Positions 35,691 to 46,433 of a stretch of 64,000 bases of DNA are shown here, piece after piece; within the stretch, counting starts at the first letter, position 1, and the number at the start of each line of letters is the position of its first letter. The notes beneath the pieces were generated by a model. That model was not told where the DNA came from. It was given only the letters and a program-made list of their open reading frames with translations, and made no database searches. The stretch is taken from the NCBI RefSeq assembly GCF_963921235.1, contig NC_086097.1, positions 65,474,001 to 65,538,000 of the forward strand, written 5' to 3'. Made by a program: the position numbers and the translations under genes. This stretch comes from Mobula hypostoma (lineage: Eukaryota).

Positions 35691-36261
35691 GTTGACATCC
35701 ATCTGTCTCGAAGGACAATGGGTAATGATGATGATCATCACAAGCCTAGGCAGATGGTATGGAGATCCCGAGATGCCCATTCATCGACCCCCCTCTCGGC
35801 CTCACCAGCATAGTCCAAAGGAAAGCTTATGAAGCAATATGTCTGGCACCAGTTTGGCTGCAGGAGCTCCTGGAACAATGTTCAGTGATGTCCAGATGCC
35901 TCAGGTACTCCACTCTGGATTTGCTGCCTGAGTTTACTCCCGTAGCCTTCGTCTCTCCTGAAGCTGCCCACAAGGCAGTGGGGAGTCTGGGAATCTGTAG
36001 CTGGGAATCTGGTTCACGAGCACTGGAGCGTGCCCACACACTGGTGGGCCTGGGAGCTACGTGTGCAGGGGCCAGACCTCCTCCTCATCCTCCGTAATTC
36101 AACCCAAGACCGAAAGGAGCTCAGCTTCTGTGGGTTGCCAGTGAGGAGGCACTACATGAGGCTTGCTGTTGGAGAGGCTATGTGTTGGTAGGGAGAGACT
36201 TGCACATTCAGTTCTCCTTTTCGCAAGACTGCTTGTCACTCTCACTTTCAGCTTCCACCAC
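35691..36261 (-). mobile_element. Non-autonomous Ingi/Vingi-type retroelement, apparently 5'-complete, no ORF
   Basis: Minus-strand motif gccttgtgggcagc...gaaggctacgggagtaaac...aaatccagagtggag resembles Vingi 5' regions (from memory). HDV-like fold at the 5' end; 3' end shared with 36263-36509. Confidence 0.65.
36089..36261 (-). ncRNA. Degenerate HDV-like ribozyme, probably inactive in this copy
   Basis: P2 cctcatgtagt/attacggagg; P3-L3 gcc-tcctcact-ggc; P1 3' strand aacccac; P4 aagctgag/ttcggtctt; J4/2 gggttga. The domain order is correct, but P1 is only partly paired and the catalytic C position is T. Confidence 0.6.
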
Positions 36262-36262
36262 T

Positions 36263-36509
36263 GGCTAGCAGTCTTGGAGTGGAGCCCCTAAGGCGGCTGG
36301 ATGACATTGAATATCCTCCCAGCAGTTCCTGCATCCAAGCCGGTGCCAGATGTATTGCTTCATAAGCTTTCCTTTGGATGACACTGGTGAGGCCGAAAGG
36401 GGGATCTTGATGACTGGGCATCTCATGATTTCCACGCCTTCCGCCCAGGTTTGTGATGATTATCTTCATCCATTGTCCTTCGATACAGACAGATGCCAAA
36501 CAACAACAA
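36263..36509 (+). mobile_element. 5'-truncated second copy of the same Ingi/Vingi-type element, (AAC)n tail
   Basis: Inverted homology to 35691-35920, including the identical block tattgcttcataagctttcctttgga; ends ccattgtccttcga...gatgccaaacaacaac. Confidence 0.8.
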
Positions 36510-37086
36510 ATAATTATTTTGAACGAATGCAAACCAATCCTGAGGATGACTTCAAAGTCTTGAAAATGGATCTTCAGCTTGCTTAATTCAAATATTGCTG
36601 ATGATTTTCAGACATCACATCTAGATTTTTAGATGGGTACAGTAAAGCAGACCCAAATAATACCCTGATTATTAATTCATGGATACAATGTTCTAATTAC
36701 ACAGGAATCCCAAAGGTGATCTCTCCAAAGGTTGCTGCTGAATTAACATCCCTCAAAGACATCTTCTATTCACAAGTTTAAAAACAGTTCTGCAGGAGAG
36801 TATTAGGTTTCAAACTCATCTTCTGTTCTTTCTTCTGTTGCCCTTCACCAGCTCAACTGCACCCCACCGAAAATTTCAATTGCTATTCAGCAGTCTTCAG
36901 GCTGAACAAAGCAACAACATCCTCTCAAGAGAGTCAAGCAAAAGTCTCTCAGTTCTTTCCTTGCCATTTATGAATTCAGAAAAATGAACTATTTTTCCAT
37001 CCCATTTGAAAAGGTTTTATAATTTCTGTCTCTACTGTGACAGTTTTCTATTTCATCAGTGTTAATTTGGACTATTTATACAAATT

Positions 37087-37790
37087 ATCTGAACTCAAAG
37101 GGCACCGATATCCTTGCGGGAAAGTTTATTGGAGCTGATTGGGAGGCTTTCAACTAATTTGGCAGGGGATGATAACCAGATTGATAGGGCTGATTGTGGG
37201 GCAGTTGATAGACAAGTCAATGCAGTATGTAGTGAGACTGTGAAGGTTAGACAGATGATTGGGCAAAATCGCAGTCAGTGGTAAGAGTTGAAGTGTAACA
37301 TGGGGCAAAATCAAAAAGGCTGATGAACACAGGATTCATGGTGTTATATCTGAATGAACACAATATACGGAGTAAGTTAGATGATCTTTGAGCAGAGTTA
37401 AAGATCTGTAGGTATGACGCTGTGGTGTTACTGAGTTGTGGCTAAAAGATCATACACGGAAGTTCAAAATCCAAGGATACACATTACATCAAAAGGACAA
37501 GGAGGTATGCAGAGGGGGTGGAGTGGCTCTATTGGAGACACGTGATAAAATAGGCCAAAGTCAGCAAGGCTTCCTTAAGGGGAAATCTTGCCTGACAAAA
37601 TCTGTTGGAATTCTTTGAGAGAGTAACAGGCAGAATAGACAAGGGACAGTCACTGGATGTTTAATTAGATTTTTAAAAAGTCTTTAACAAGGTGCCATAC
37701 ATGATGCTACTAAACAAAATAAGAACCTACAGTATTACAGAAAAGATGCTTAATTTATGGAATTCATTGCCACAGATGGCTTTGAAGGAT
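37087..37790 (+). mobile_element. CR1 relic with two large internal deletions (ORF1 end and APE / RT / 3' region)
   Basis: ORF 37436-37618 fuses the APE motif RGGGVALL directly to the RT motif ETRDKIGQSQQGF. A second jump at about 37750 leads to atggaattcattgccacag. Confidence 0.85.
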
Positions 37791-38040
37791 TGTCACAACT
37801 CACTATGCTCCCTAACATGGCCTTAAAGTTAAAGTTGGTTGGTGCCTTGTAGGTGCTCTAAGTTGCAAGACCACTTCTGCCACAATGGACTGTGGACCAA
37901 AATTCATGGGAAGCAAACCTTTTTGAAAGTGTGTGCCCAAACTGGCGATAATCTAAACAAAATCTCTCACATGCTATGCAACACACATCAAAGTTGCTGG
38001 TGAACACAGCAGGCCAGGCAGTATCTCTAGGAAGAGGTAC

Positions 38041-38076
38041 AGTCGACGTTTCGGGCCGAGACCCTTCGTCAGGACT
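38041..38076 (-). ncRNA. Minimal type I hammerhead ribozyme of a Penelope pLTR (core intact)
   Basis: Minus strand AGUC-CUGACGA-A-GGGU-CUCG-GCCC-GAA-ACGU-C-GACU: stem I AGUC/GACU, stem II GGGU/GCCC, palindromic ACGU stem III, GUC cleavage triplet. Confidence 0.85.
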
Positions 38077-38832
38077 AACTGATGGAAGAGCTAGTAAGAG
38101 ATTTGAAAGTGGGAGGGGGAGGGGGAAGATCCAAAATGATAGAAGACAGAGGGGGAGGGATGGAGCCAAGAGCTAGACAGGTGATTGGCAAAAGGGATAT
38201 GAGAGGATCGTGGGACAGGAGGCCCAGGGAGAAGGAAAAGGGTGGGGGGAACCCAGAGGATAGGCAAGGGGTATAGTCAGAGGGACAGAGGGAGAAAAAG
38301 GAGAGAGAGAGAGAAAGAATGTGTGTATATAAATAAATAAATAATGGATGGGGTACGAGGGGGAGGTGGGGTATTAGCGGAAGTTAGAGAAGTCAATGTT
38401 CATGCCATCAGGTTGGAGGCTACCCAGACGGAATATAAGGTGTTGTTCCTCCAACCTGAGTGTGGCTTCATCTTTACAGTAGAGGAGGCCATGGATAGAC
38501 ATGTCAGAATGGAAATGGGATGTGGAATTAAAATGTGTGGCCACTGGGAGATTGACTTATTTACATACACACATTCTTTCTCTCTCTCTCTCCTTTTTCT
38601 CCCTCTCTCTCCTTTTTCTCCCTCTGTCCCTCTTACTGTACCCCTTGCCCATCCTCTAGGTTCCCCCCCCCCTTGTCTTTCTCCCTGGGCCTCCTGTCCC
38701 ATGATCCTCTCATATCCCTTTTGCCAATCACCTGTCCAGCTCTTGGCTCCATCCCTCCCCCTCCTGTCTTCTCCTATCATTTTGGATCTCCCCCTCCCCC
38801 TCTCAAATCTCTTACTAGCTCTTCCTTCAGTT

Positions 38833-38868
38833 AGTCCTGACGAAGGGTCTCTGTCTGAAACGTCGACT
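38833..38868 (+). ncRNA. Second minimal hammerhead copy, stem II weakened
   Basis: agtcctgacgaagggtctctgtctgaaacgtcgact. The core is intact but stem II is GGG/UCU (two G-U pairs). Confidence 0.7.
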
Positions 38869-40681
38869 GTACCTCTTCCTAGAGATACTGCCGGGCCTGC
38901 TGCGTTCACCAGCAACTTTGATGTGTGTTGCTTGAATTTCCAGCATCTGCAGATTTCCTCGTGCTTGTGTTTTACTCTCACATGCTATGGTAACTTTTTA
39001 ATCAGAGGTTATGATTGATTACTCAATTGCTAACAATAATTATGAATTTTGAAGGAAAAACAATGAGTCCTGATGCTTATTTACATGTATTCATTATTTT
39101 ACTATTAATAAAAGAACATACACTCGTACAAATTGATAGAAATTAAGTATTTTAGAAAATCTGTTAATAATTATTTACATTAATCTTTTTAAAAGGCTAT
39201 TGAAAAAATCACATCTTTCTAAATAGCATTGTTATTGTCCCTCAACACAAGAAAGGGGAATATGAAATTTTAAATTTTGGTACATATTCATGAAAAATCA
39301 AGGAAATATATATGTACTTTACTTCCACTGAAATTTATGATGCTGCACTAATGATGACAAATATTTTGTATCTGGTTTATATTTGGTTGTTTTGAGAGCT
39401 TTGCACATAGTATGAGTTTATTCAGCAAGTCTACTCCTATAATTAGATCTAACCAAGTTCATCAAAAAAACAATGACTCACACGAATATGTCAATGTAAA
39501 TACTTGAAATATTGGCATTGCAAAATTTTTCAGAGAGTTAAAAGTTTAAGGAATGGAATTCCAGAGTTCCAAACCCTCACTATGGGTTTTATGCTTTGAT
39601 CCAGTCAGGAGCAGTTTTTTTTTCATATTTTCTAGTTCAACTCTTAAATTGGCAAATTTTGCCTCCAAATTATCCTGTTTTGTAAATTAATTAATTGGAT
39701 TTAAAAATCATACAAATCAATCCACTACTGTACATTTCCAAATTTAGTTTCTCTAATGTTACACTGACTGCATACTTTATAAAATTTGCAGTTTCTTCAA
39801 ATGACCTGAGCTGAGCGAATGTTAAAGAAAATTGTTGGAAGTTGAACCAACTAGGCTCCAGAGTTGTGCTGGAAGACTGACTGTCTTTCTAGGTATTTCA
39901 ATATCTATCATATAGTATTTTAGGTTTAGTATATTTAAAAGTGTAAATTTTGGCATTACATTTAAATATTTCCAGTTTGACTTCAAAGGCTTTCATATTA
40001 CTGAACATAATATCAAGATTTTTGTCAGATCCCTGTAATTTGATGTCTAACACATCCTTCAGCCAGGTTCCAGACGTCTTGCACAGATGAGGAATTATAG
40101 CAAAGGCAAATTAGCCTGCAAGATAACTTAGGAATGAGTCTCTAAATGTTGTTCCCATTACATGCATCATATCTGAATTAATTAATGGCGCTTCAAAAAC
40201 AATTATTCATTCCCTTCACTGTTCAGGGAAAGTACACCCCTGCCACACCTCCCCCAAATATATTTGTAGTCTTTTAATATAGACAGCAGCATTATTTATT
40301 TGATGCTTTTATCAGCAAAAGTTTATGTTTTTAAATCACTTTTTTTTCTGGATTTCTCTATTTAACATTTTTACAGTTAAACATATTGCTTTTCTTTGCG
40401 AAATGCACTTCCACAGTTTATGACACATTAATTTTCTCAGGGAGTAAGAATGAAATGCTCCTCTCCCTCATATTGACATAGTTTACTATGTTATCCGAAT
40501 GTTAAATGGCTAATTTAGATTAATATTATTATTACTTTGAATACCACTGAAGTAGTTTTCACTACTTGGAAGCATTATGCATTTATCTTATTAAAATGAA
40601 TACACAGTAAGTTATTCAGAAAATGATAACAAACTTAATGTTCATTTTTTTTTTGTTTATTTCTTTTTCTCCCTAATGCTG

Positions 40682-40907
40682 GGCATGTGGCCGAGTGGTT
40701 AAGGCGTTCATCTAGTTATCTCAAGGTCGCTAGTTCGAGCCTCAGCTGCGGCAGCATGTTAGTGCCTTGATCAAGGCACTTAATCACACATTGCTCTAGT
40801 CTGTGCGAGAAGTGGCGCCCCACATAGACTTCCAATCTGCGCCTTGTAAGGCATGAAAATGTCCGACGCAGGCCTCTCATGGTTTGAGTCAACGTTCCCT
40901 CCCTCCC
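40682..40907 (+). mobile_element. tRNA-derived CORE-SINE with a different tail, ending in (CCCT)n
   Basis: A box tggccgagtgg (40688-40698), B box gttcgagcc (40733-40741), CORE ccttgatcaaggcacttaatcacacattgctct; TSD tccctaatgctg/tccccaatgctg at 40670-40681 and 40908-40919. Confidence 0.9.
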
Positions 40908-41424
40908 TCCCCAATGCTGCTCCATTACATTGTCATCATTGCTCAGGAGTGTGATAAAATACTTCCACTACCTAGATGACTGTAACTAGTTTAATGGCAA
41001 GTAGCTCAACATCAACCAGCCAAAAGTTACTTACTTGATTGGTACTCCATCTGCCAAATGAAATTTGCATCCTCTCTACCACCAGCACTGAGATTTATAG
41101 GTCGCAAAGCAATAATTCACCAAGGCTTCATCATAGTACCTAATCACATCAGAAGTCAGAGATGACAGATGCATGCGAATACTGCACTCAAAGCTCCCCT
41201 GCAAATGACACACAATCTGACTTTGACAAAACAAACATCACTTTTTTCTTTATACTTGGGTAAGAATTCTGAAGCTTTGCCTGACCATTATGGGTACTTG
41301 ACTTCATAATGGCATTGGTAACACTGGACAACAAAGATTTTGCTTCCTGAATACTTGTGGGGTGTGTCTTAGGAATGTTGGGCTGCTGATCATGAAAATC
41401 ACCAAGAAATTTCCCCATCACTCA

Positions 41425-42130
41425 CTATTTGTTTGGAAATCGACTATATTTGTTACAACAATTCATAACTCAAGTCAGAATAACCTATGCCAAGATTAAG
41501 AATGACACTTTTGTTGGTCCACAAATCAAACAGATTATCAATGACAGGCAATTCAAAGAACTTCTAGTGGGACCAGAGAAAATCACATGGAAAGCATTCA
41601 AGGATGTTGTTGAAAATCTTCTTGGCAACTATAGACACCAAACTATAGTATGTGCAGCTGGTTGACAACATGCTTCAAGCACACAAAGCCATGAAGTGCA
41701 ACATAAAGGGCAAACATTCCTTTTCTATATTCTCATTTAGACCTCTTCCTTGCATATCTTGTCACCATCAGTGATAAGAATGGTGCAAGGTTTCACCAGC
41801 ACATTGCGGTCATGGGGAAAACGGTATCGGGGCAACTGGAATCCATCAATGCTGGCTGATTATTGTTGAACACTGGGTACAAATGAAAATGATCAACATT
41901 TTTAGTTTAGTTGAACTATTGCAAAGTGTCAGCACAGTTATGCAATTAAACACATTATATTCAATAAAAGTTAATTTCTTGTTTCTCCAAATTCCTACAT
42001 GGTACAAGTAATCTGAAAATATTTGTGTTCAGCTTCTACAAGTAATCTGGAAATATTTGTGTTCAGCTTCAAGCAGTCTATCATAAATTTAAAAAACTCT
42101 GAGAAACACTTAAAAAAATTGTAATCCAGT
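41425..42130 (+). mobile_element. Chapaev3-like (CMC) DNA transposon 3' fragment with decayed transposase C-terminus
   Basis: AKIKNDTFVGPQIKQII...EKITWKAFKDVVENLLGNYR, then decayed YSHLDLF, SDKNGARFHQHI and RYRGNWNPSMLADYC. The right end ...cagtg is followed by ta; no left TIR seen. Confidence 0.8.
42003..42070. repeat. Tandem duplication, 2 x 34 bp, inside the Chapaev3 3' region
   Basis: tacaagtaatctg(a/g)aaatatttgtgttcagcttc twice. Confidence 0.97.
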
Positions 42131-43527
42131 GTATTAGAGGGCTGATAATTGCCTTCTGAATGGCAACATGAAACGTGCAATACAATTCAGTCCTGTGCGT
42201 AAACATCAGATCCGATCCATACATGTCAGAGTAATGCACAGAGTTCATTATGAGATTATATTATAATGATCAACCATGGCCACTTTCTTTCTGAAGTGGT
42301 ATGTTATCTTAAGAATGTATATCAGACAAGTGCTAGTAAATAGGATTAGTATAGATGAGTACTTGATGTTTGACATAGACCTAGTGGGCAAAAGTGTTCT
42401 TTCTCTGTGCTGTGTGACTCTCTGAATTTAGATGAATGAAGTGGGATCCAGTGAACAATACTGCATCATTTGGTGCCATTCTAATTCCATATTACAATTC
42501 CAGATTTTGCTCTAATAAGAATACTTCTTTAACAAGGCACTCCTGGATACTTTACAAGTGAGAAGAAAATTAAAATTGAATTTAAATAGGAGTGAGAAAC
42601 TAGTGAATTCACCTATATCTGATCCATGTAGTATCCCATCATAATCCCACTGAATGTGTCAATACATAGTTTAAGTATGCAGTGGTTAATTTTCTTACGA
42701 AGTATATGGCTCACCATGATTAATAGTACATATTACCAGGCTAGTCGTTCACTGACTGATGTCTAAATTCCAGACATAAAAGGATATCTGTCCACCAAAC
42801 AATAATACTGCAGAAAGCGTACAAGTGTATAACTTATTGTTAAAAAGAACACTAGCTATGTCCTGAGCTGCTGTTACATGAATCCCTCATTGCTTCAACA
42901 TTTCTCAATAGAACTACCGCTCAAGTCCACATAAACACATTTAGTGAATGTCAATTGCATAGTTACAATATCTGGAAAACAGCCCAAATCTTGCTGGCTT
43001 TGGCCTACAGTTCAAAAGGGAATAACCAGTCTTCGTTCATTCATGCAGAAGTTCCACACTTAAGCACAAGCAGGTTCAGTAAGACACTTTAATAAATGAT
43101 TTATCTATCGCTACAATCCATCACCAGACTTAAAATGGAAAGCAAAAGCAGAGTCCAAAATTGCAGTGGTTCTTGAAACTGCCGACCTCTGCTCAGGACT
43201 GGCAATAGGATGCTAGATTACAGTTAACTTTAAAACGAGTTTGAATCAAGTAGGCAAAAGAGAAGGCAAGTTTTCTTTTAACTTTTTTTATTTTTGAACC
43301 TTCGCTTTAATTTTAATTTTCTGAAATAACTTAAATAATTTATTTCACAGTGAACAGCTTTTAAAATGTCAGAGATGATAAAATACATTTACTTTCATCT
43401 TTCTTTCAGGATAAAGTCCATTGAATAATTTAAGAGAAAAAAAGTCTTAGATTTATAAAGATCGTCCATATAAAGTATCACTCAACCATCTGTGGGTGAG
43501 GGATAGAAATGCTTCCTTCAGTAGTGA

Positions 43528-43665
43528 AGCAGATGCTGAAAATATGAAAACTAAAACAGATAATGCTGGAAACACTCACCCATTCGGACAGCATCTGTGG
43601 AAAGTATAGTATATTAGGTCAAGGATCCTTCATCTGATCCAAAACATTTTCTCTTTCTACAGACT
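43528..43665. mobile_element. Old Penelope pLTR fragment
   Basis: gcagatgctgaaaat...aatgctggaaacactca...cagcatctgtggaaag...ccttcatctga. Confidence 0.6.
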
Positions 43666-44121
43666 TTGAGAATCTGCACTCACAAGACAATAACAGAAAA
43701 TGCTTAAGTATACATTTTGCACAGGCCTTTCACTGTACCTCCTTCCTTCATGGAAAAGCACCTACTCTGTGTAGCTGTATGTCTGCTAGGCACTCATAAT
43801 AATGTCATACACTCAGGAAGTGAAGAGAAAGATCAGGGATCAACCATTTGCAAGTAAGGCAGGGTGAAAATTCATATATATTCATCTTTATAATGCAGTT
43901 CATTTGGTCTTTTTCAGAGTAGTCACAGTGGCCACCACATCTAAGTACTGTATAAGAACAGCACCCCATGCAGAGTGATAGAAAAGCAGAAAGAGAGAAG
44001 AAAAGAAGAGCAAGGGAGAGGATACTGATGGGGTGAGAGGGTTGTCTTATCAAGAGAGGTTAGATCATTTAGTTTTATATTCCTTCCAGTTTAGAAGAAT
44101 GAGGGGTGAGCTTATTGAAAA

Positions 44122-44628
44122 ATCAGAATCAGATTTATTATTACTGACACACAATATAACATTTATGATTTATGGCAGCAGCAGAATGCAAAGGCAAAGA
44201 TCTATAAATTACAGCCAGGCACAAGGAGGGATAATGAGTCCATGTTCATGGGGTCATGGACCATTCAGATATCTGATGTTGGAAGGGGAGAAGCTATTCC
44301 TAAATCTGCAAGTATGGATCTTCAGGCTCCTGTACTCCCCCCGACTCCAGTATTCTGGAAGATGTCCGCTATGGCGGGGAAGGCTGAGCCCACGATATAG
44401 CTGACTGAGTTGATCATGCTCTACAGCTTTTTACAATCCAGTAAATTGCATGGTCCATTCCAGGCTGCTATGCAACCAGTTAGAATGCTCTCCACTGTAC
44501 ATCTATAAACTTTTGTAAGACCCTTTGCTGACATAAGAAATCTCCTGAAACTCTTAATTGACATAGACCTACTGGTGTGTCCTCTTCAAGGCATTGTTGC
44601 GTTGGACCCAGGATAGATCCTCTTGGAT
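44122..44628 (-). mobile_element. Rex1/Babar 3' fragment, preceded by a short CR1 piece at 44028-44120
   Basis: aatcagaatcagatttatt tail; minus-strand KFIDVQWRAF / RCTVESILTGCI-like motif. Confidence 0.8.
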
Positions 44629-46240
44629 AAAAACCTACAGCACAATACAGGCCCTTGGGCCCACAATGCTGTGCCAAACATGTACTTACTTTAGAAATTA
44701 CCTCGGGTTACTCATAGACTTCTGTTTTTCTAAGCTCCATGTACCTATCCAGGAGTCTCCTAAAAGATCCTATTGTATCTGACTCCACCACAGTTGCTGG
44801 CAGCACTCACCACTCTCTGCGTAAAAAAACTTACTCCTGACATCCCCTCTGTACCACCTTCCAAGCGCCTTAAAACTGTGCCCTCTCATGTTAGCCATTT
44901 CAGTCCTGGGAAAAAGCCTCTGACTATCCAAATGATCAATGCCTCTCATCATCTTATACATGTCTATCAGGTCACCTCTCATCCTCTGTCACTCCAAGGA
45001 GAAAAGGCCAAGTTCATTCATCTTATTCTCATAAGGCATGCTCCCCAATCCAGGCAACATCTTTGTAAATCTCCTCTGCACCCTTGCTATAGTTTCCACA
45101 TCCTTCCTGTAGTGAGGTGAGCAGAACTGAGCACAGTACTCCAAGTGGGGTCTCACCAGGGTCCTATATAGCTGCAACATTACCTCTTGGCTCTCAAATT
45201 CAATCCCACAGTTGATGAAGGCCAATACACCGTATGCCTTCTTAACCACACAGTCAACCTGCGCAGCAGCTTTGAGTGTCCTATGGACTCGGACCCCAAG
45301 ATCCCTCTGATCCTCCACACTGCCAAGAGTATTACCATTAATACTATATTCTGCCATTATATTTGACCTACCAAAATGAACCACCTCTCACTTATCTGGG
45401 TTGAACTCCATCTGCCAATTCTCAGCTCATTTTTGCACCCTATCGATGTCCCGTTGTAACCTCTGAAAGCCCTCCACACTATCCGCAACACACCCAACCT
45501 TTGTGTCATCAGCAAATTTATGAACCAATCCCTCCACTTCCTTATCCAGGTCATTTATAAAAATCACGAAGAGTAAGGGTCCCAGAACAGATCCCTGAGG
45601 CACTCCACTGGTGACTGACTCCCATGCAGAATATGACCTGTCTGCAACCACTCTTTGCCTTCTGTGTGCAAGCCAGTTCTGGATCCACAAAGCAAGATCC
45701 CCTTGGATCCCATGCTTCCTCTCTTTCTCAATAAGCCTTGCATGGGGTACCTTATCAAATGCTTGCTGAAATCCATATATACTGCATCTACTGCTCTACC
45801 TTCATCAATGTGTTTTGTCATATCCTCAAAAAATTCAATCAGGCTCATAAGGCACGACCTGCCTTTGACAAAACCATGCTGATTACTTCTAATCATATCC
45901 TGCCTCTCAGGATCTTCTCTATCGACTTACTAACCACTTAAGTAAGACTCACTGGTCTATAATTTCCTGGGCTATCTCTACACCCTTTCTTGAATAAGGG
46001 AACAACATCTGCAACCCTCCAATCCTCTGGAACCTCTCCCATCCCCCCTGATAATGCAAAGATCATTGCCAAGGTCTCAGCAGTCTCCTCCCTCGCTTCC
46101 CACAGCAGCCTGGGATACATCTCGTCCGCTCCCAGTGACTTATCCAACTTGATACTTTCTAAAACCTCCAGCACATCCTCTTTCCTAATGTCTATATACT
46201 CAAGCTTTCCCATCCACTACAAGTCATCCCTACATTCACT
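44629..46240 (-). mobile_element. 5'-truncated CR1, third subfamily
   Basis: NYRPVSLT, QHGFVKGRSC, GVPQGSVLGP, FADDTK and VRPHLEYC motifs; 3' end aaaacctacagcacaatacaggccc. Confidence 0.97.
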
Positions 46241-46433
46241 TTGGAAGGACAAACTCCAAGGCAAAGTACAAAGTAAATGGCGGGATACTTGGTAGTGTGG
46301 AGGAGCAGAGGGATCTGGGGGTACATATCCACAGATCCCTGAAAGTTGCCTCACAGGTAGATAAGGTAGTTAAGAAAGCTTATGGGGTGTTAGCCTTCAT
46401 AAGTTGAGGGATAGAGTTAAGAGTCGCGAGGTA
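46237..46433 (+). mobile_element. Tail-less internal ORF2 fragment of the young CR1 subfamily
   Basis: Close match to about 24909-25105 (cactttggaaggacaaactccaaggc...gagggatagagtt); no 3' UTR. Confidence 0.92.

Larger units (their letters stand above)
37979..38974. mobile_element. Relatively young Penelope-like insertion with inverted pLTR arms and 15 bp TSD
   Basis: Minus arm 37979-38551 includes the GIY-YIG C-terminus; plus arm about 38556-38974; TSD ctctcacatgctatg at 37964-37978 and 38975-38989. Confidence 0.95.

Noticed and set aside
38344..39018. 224 aa and 193 aa ORFs on opposite strands
   Set aside because: They run through the low-complexity Penelope pLTR arms, and the same peptides recur in the other arm.
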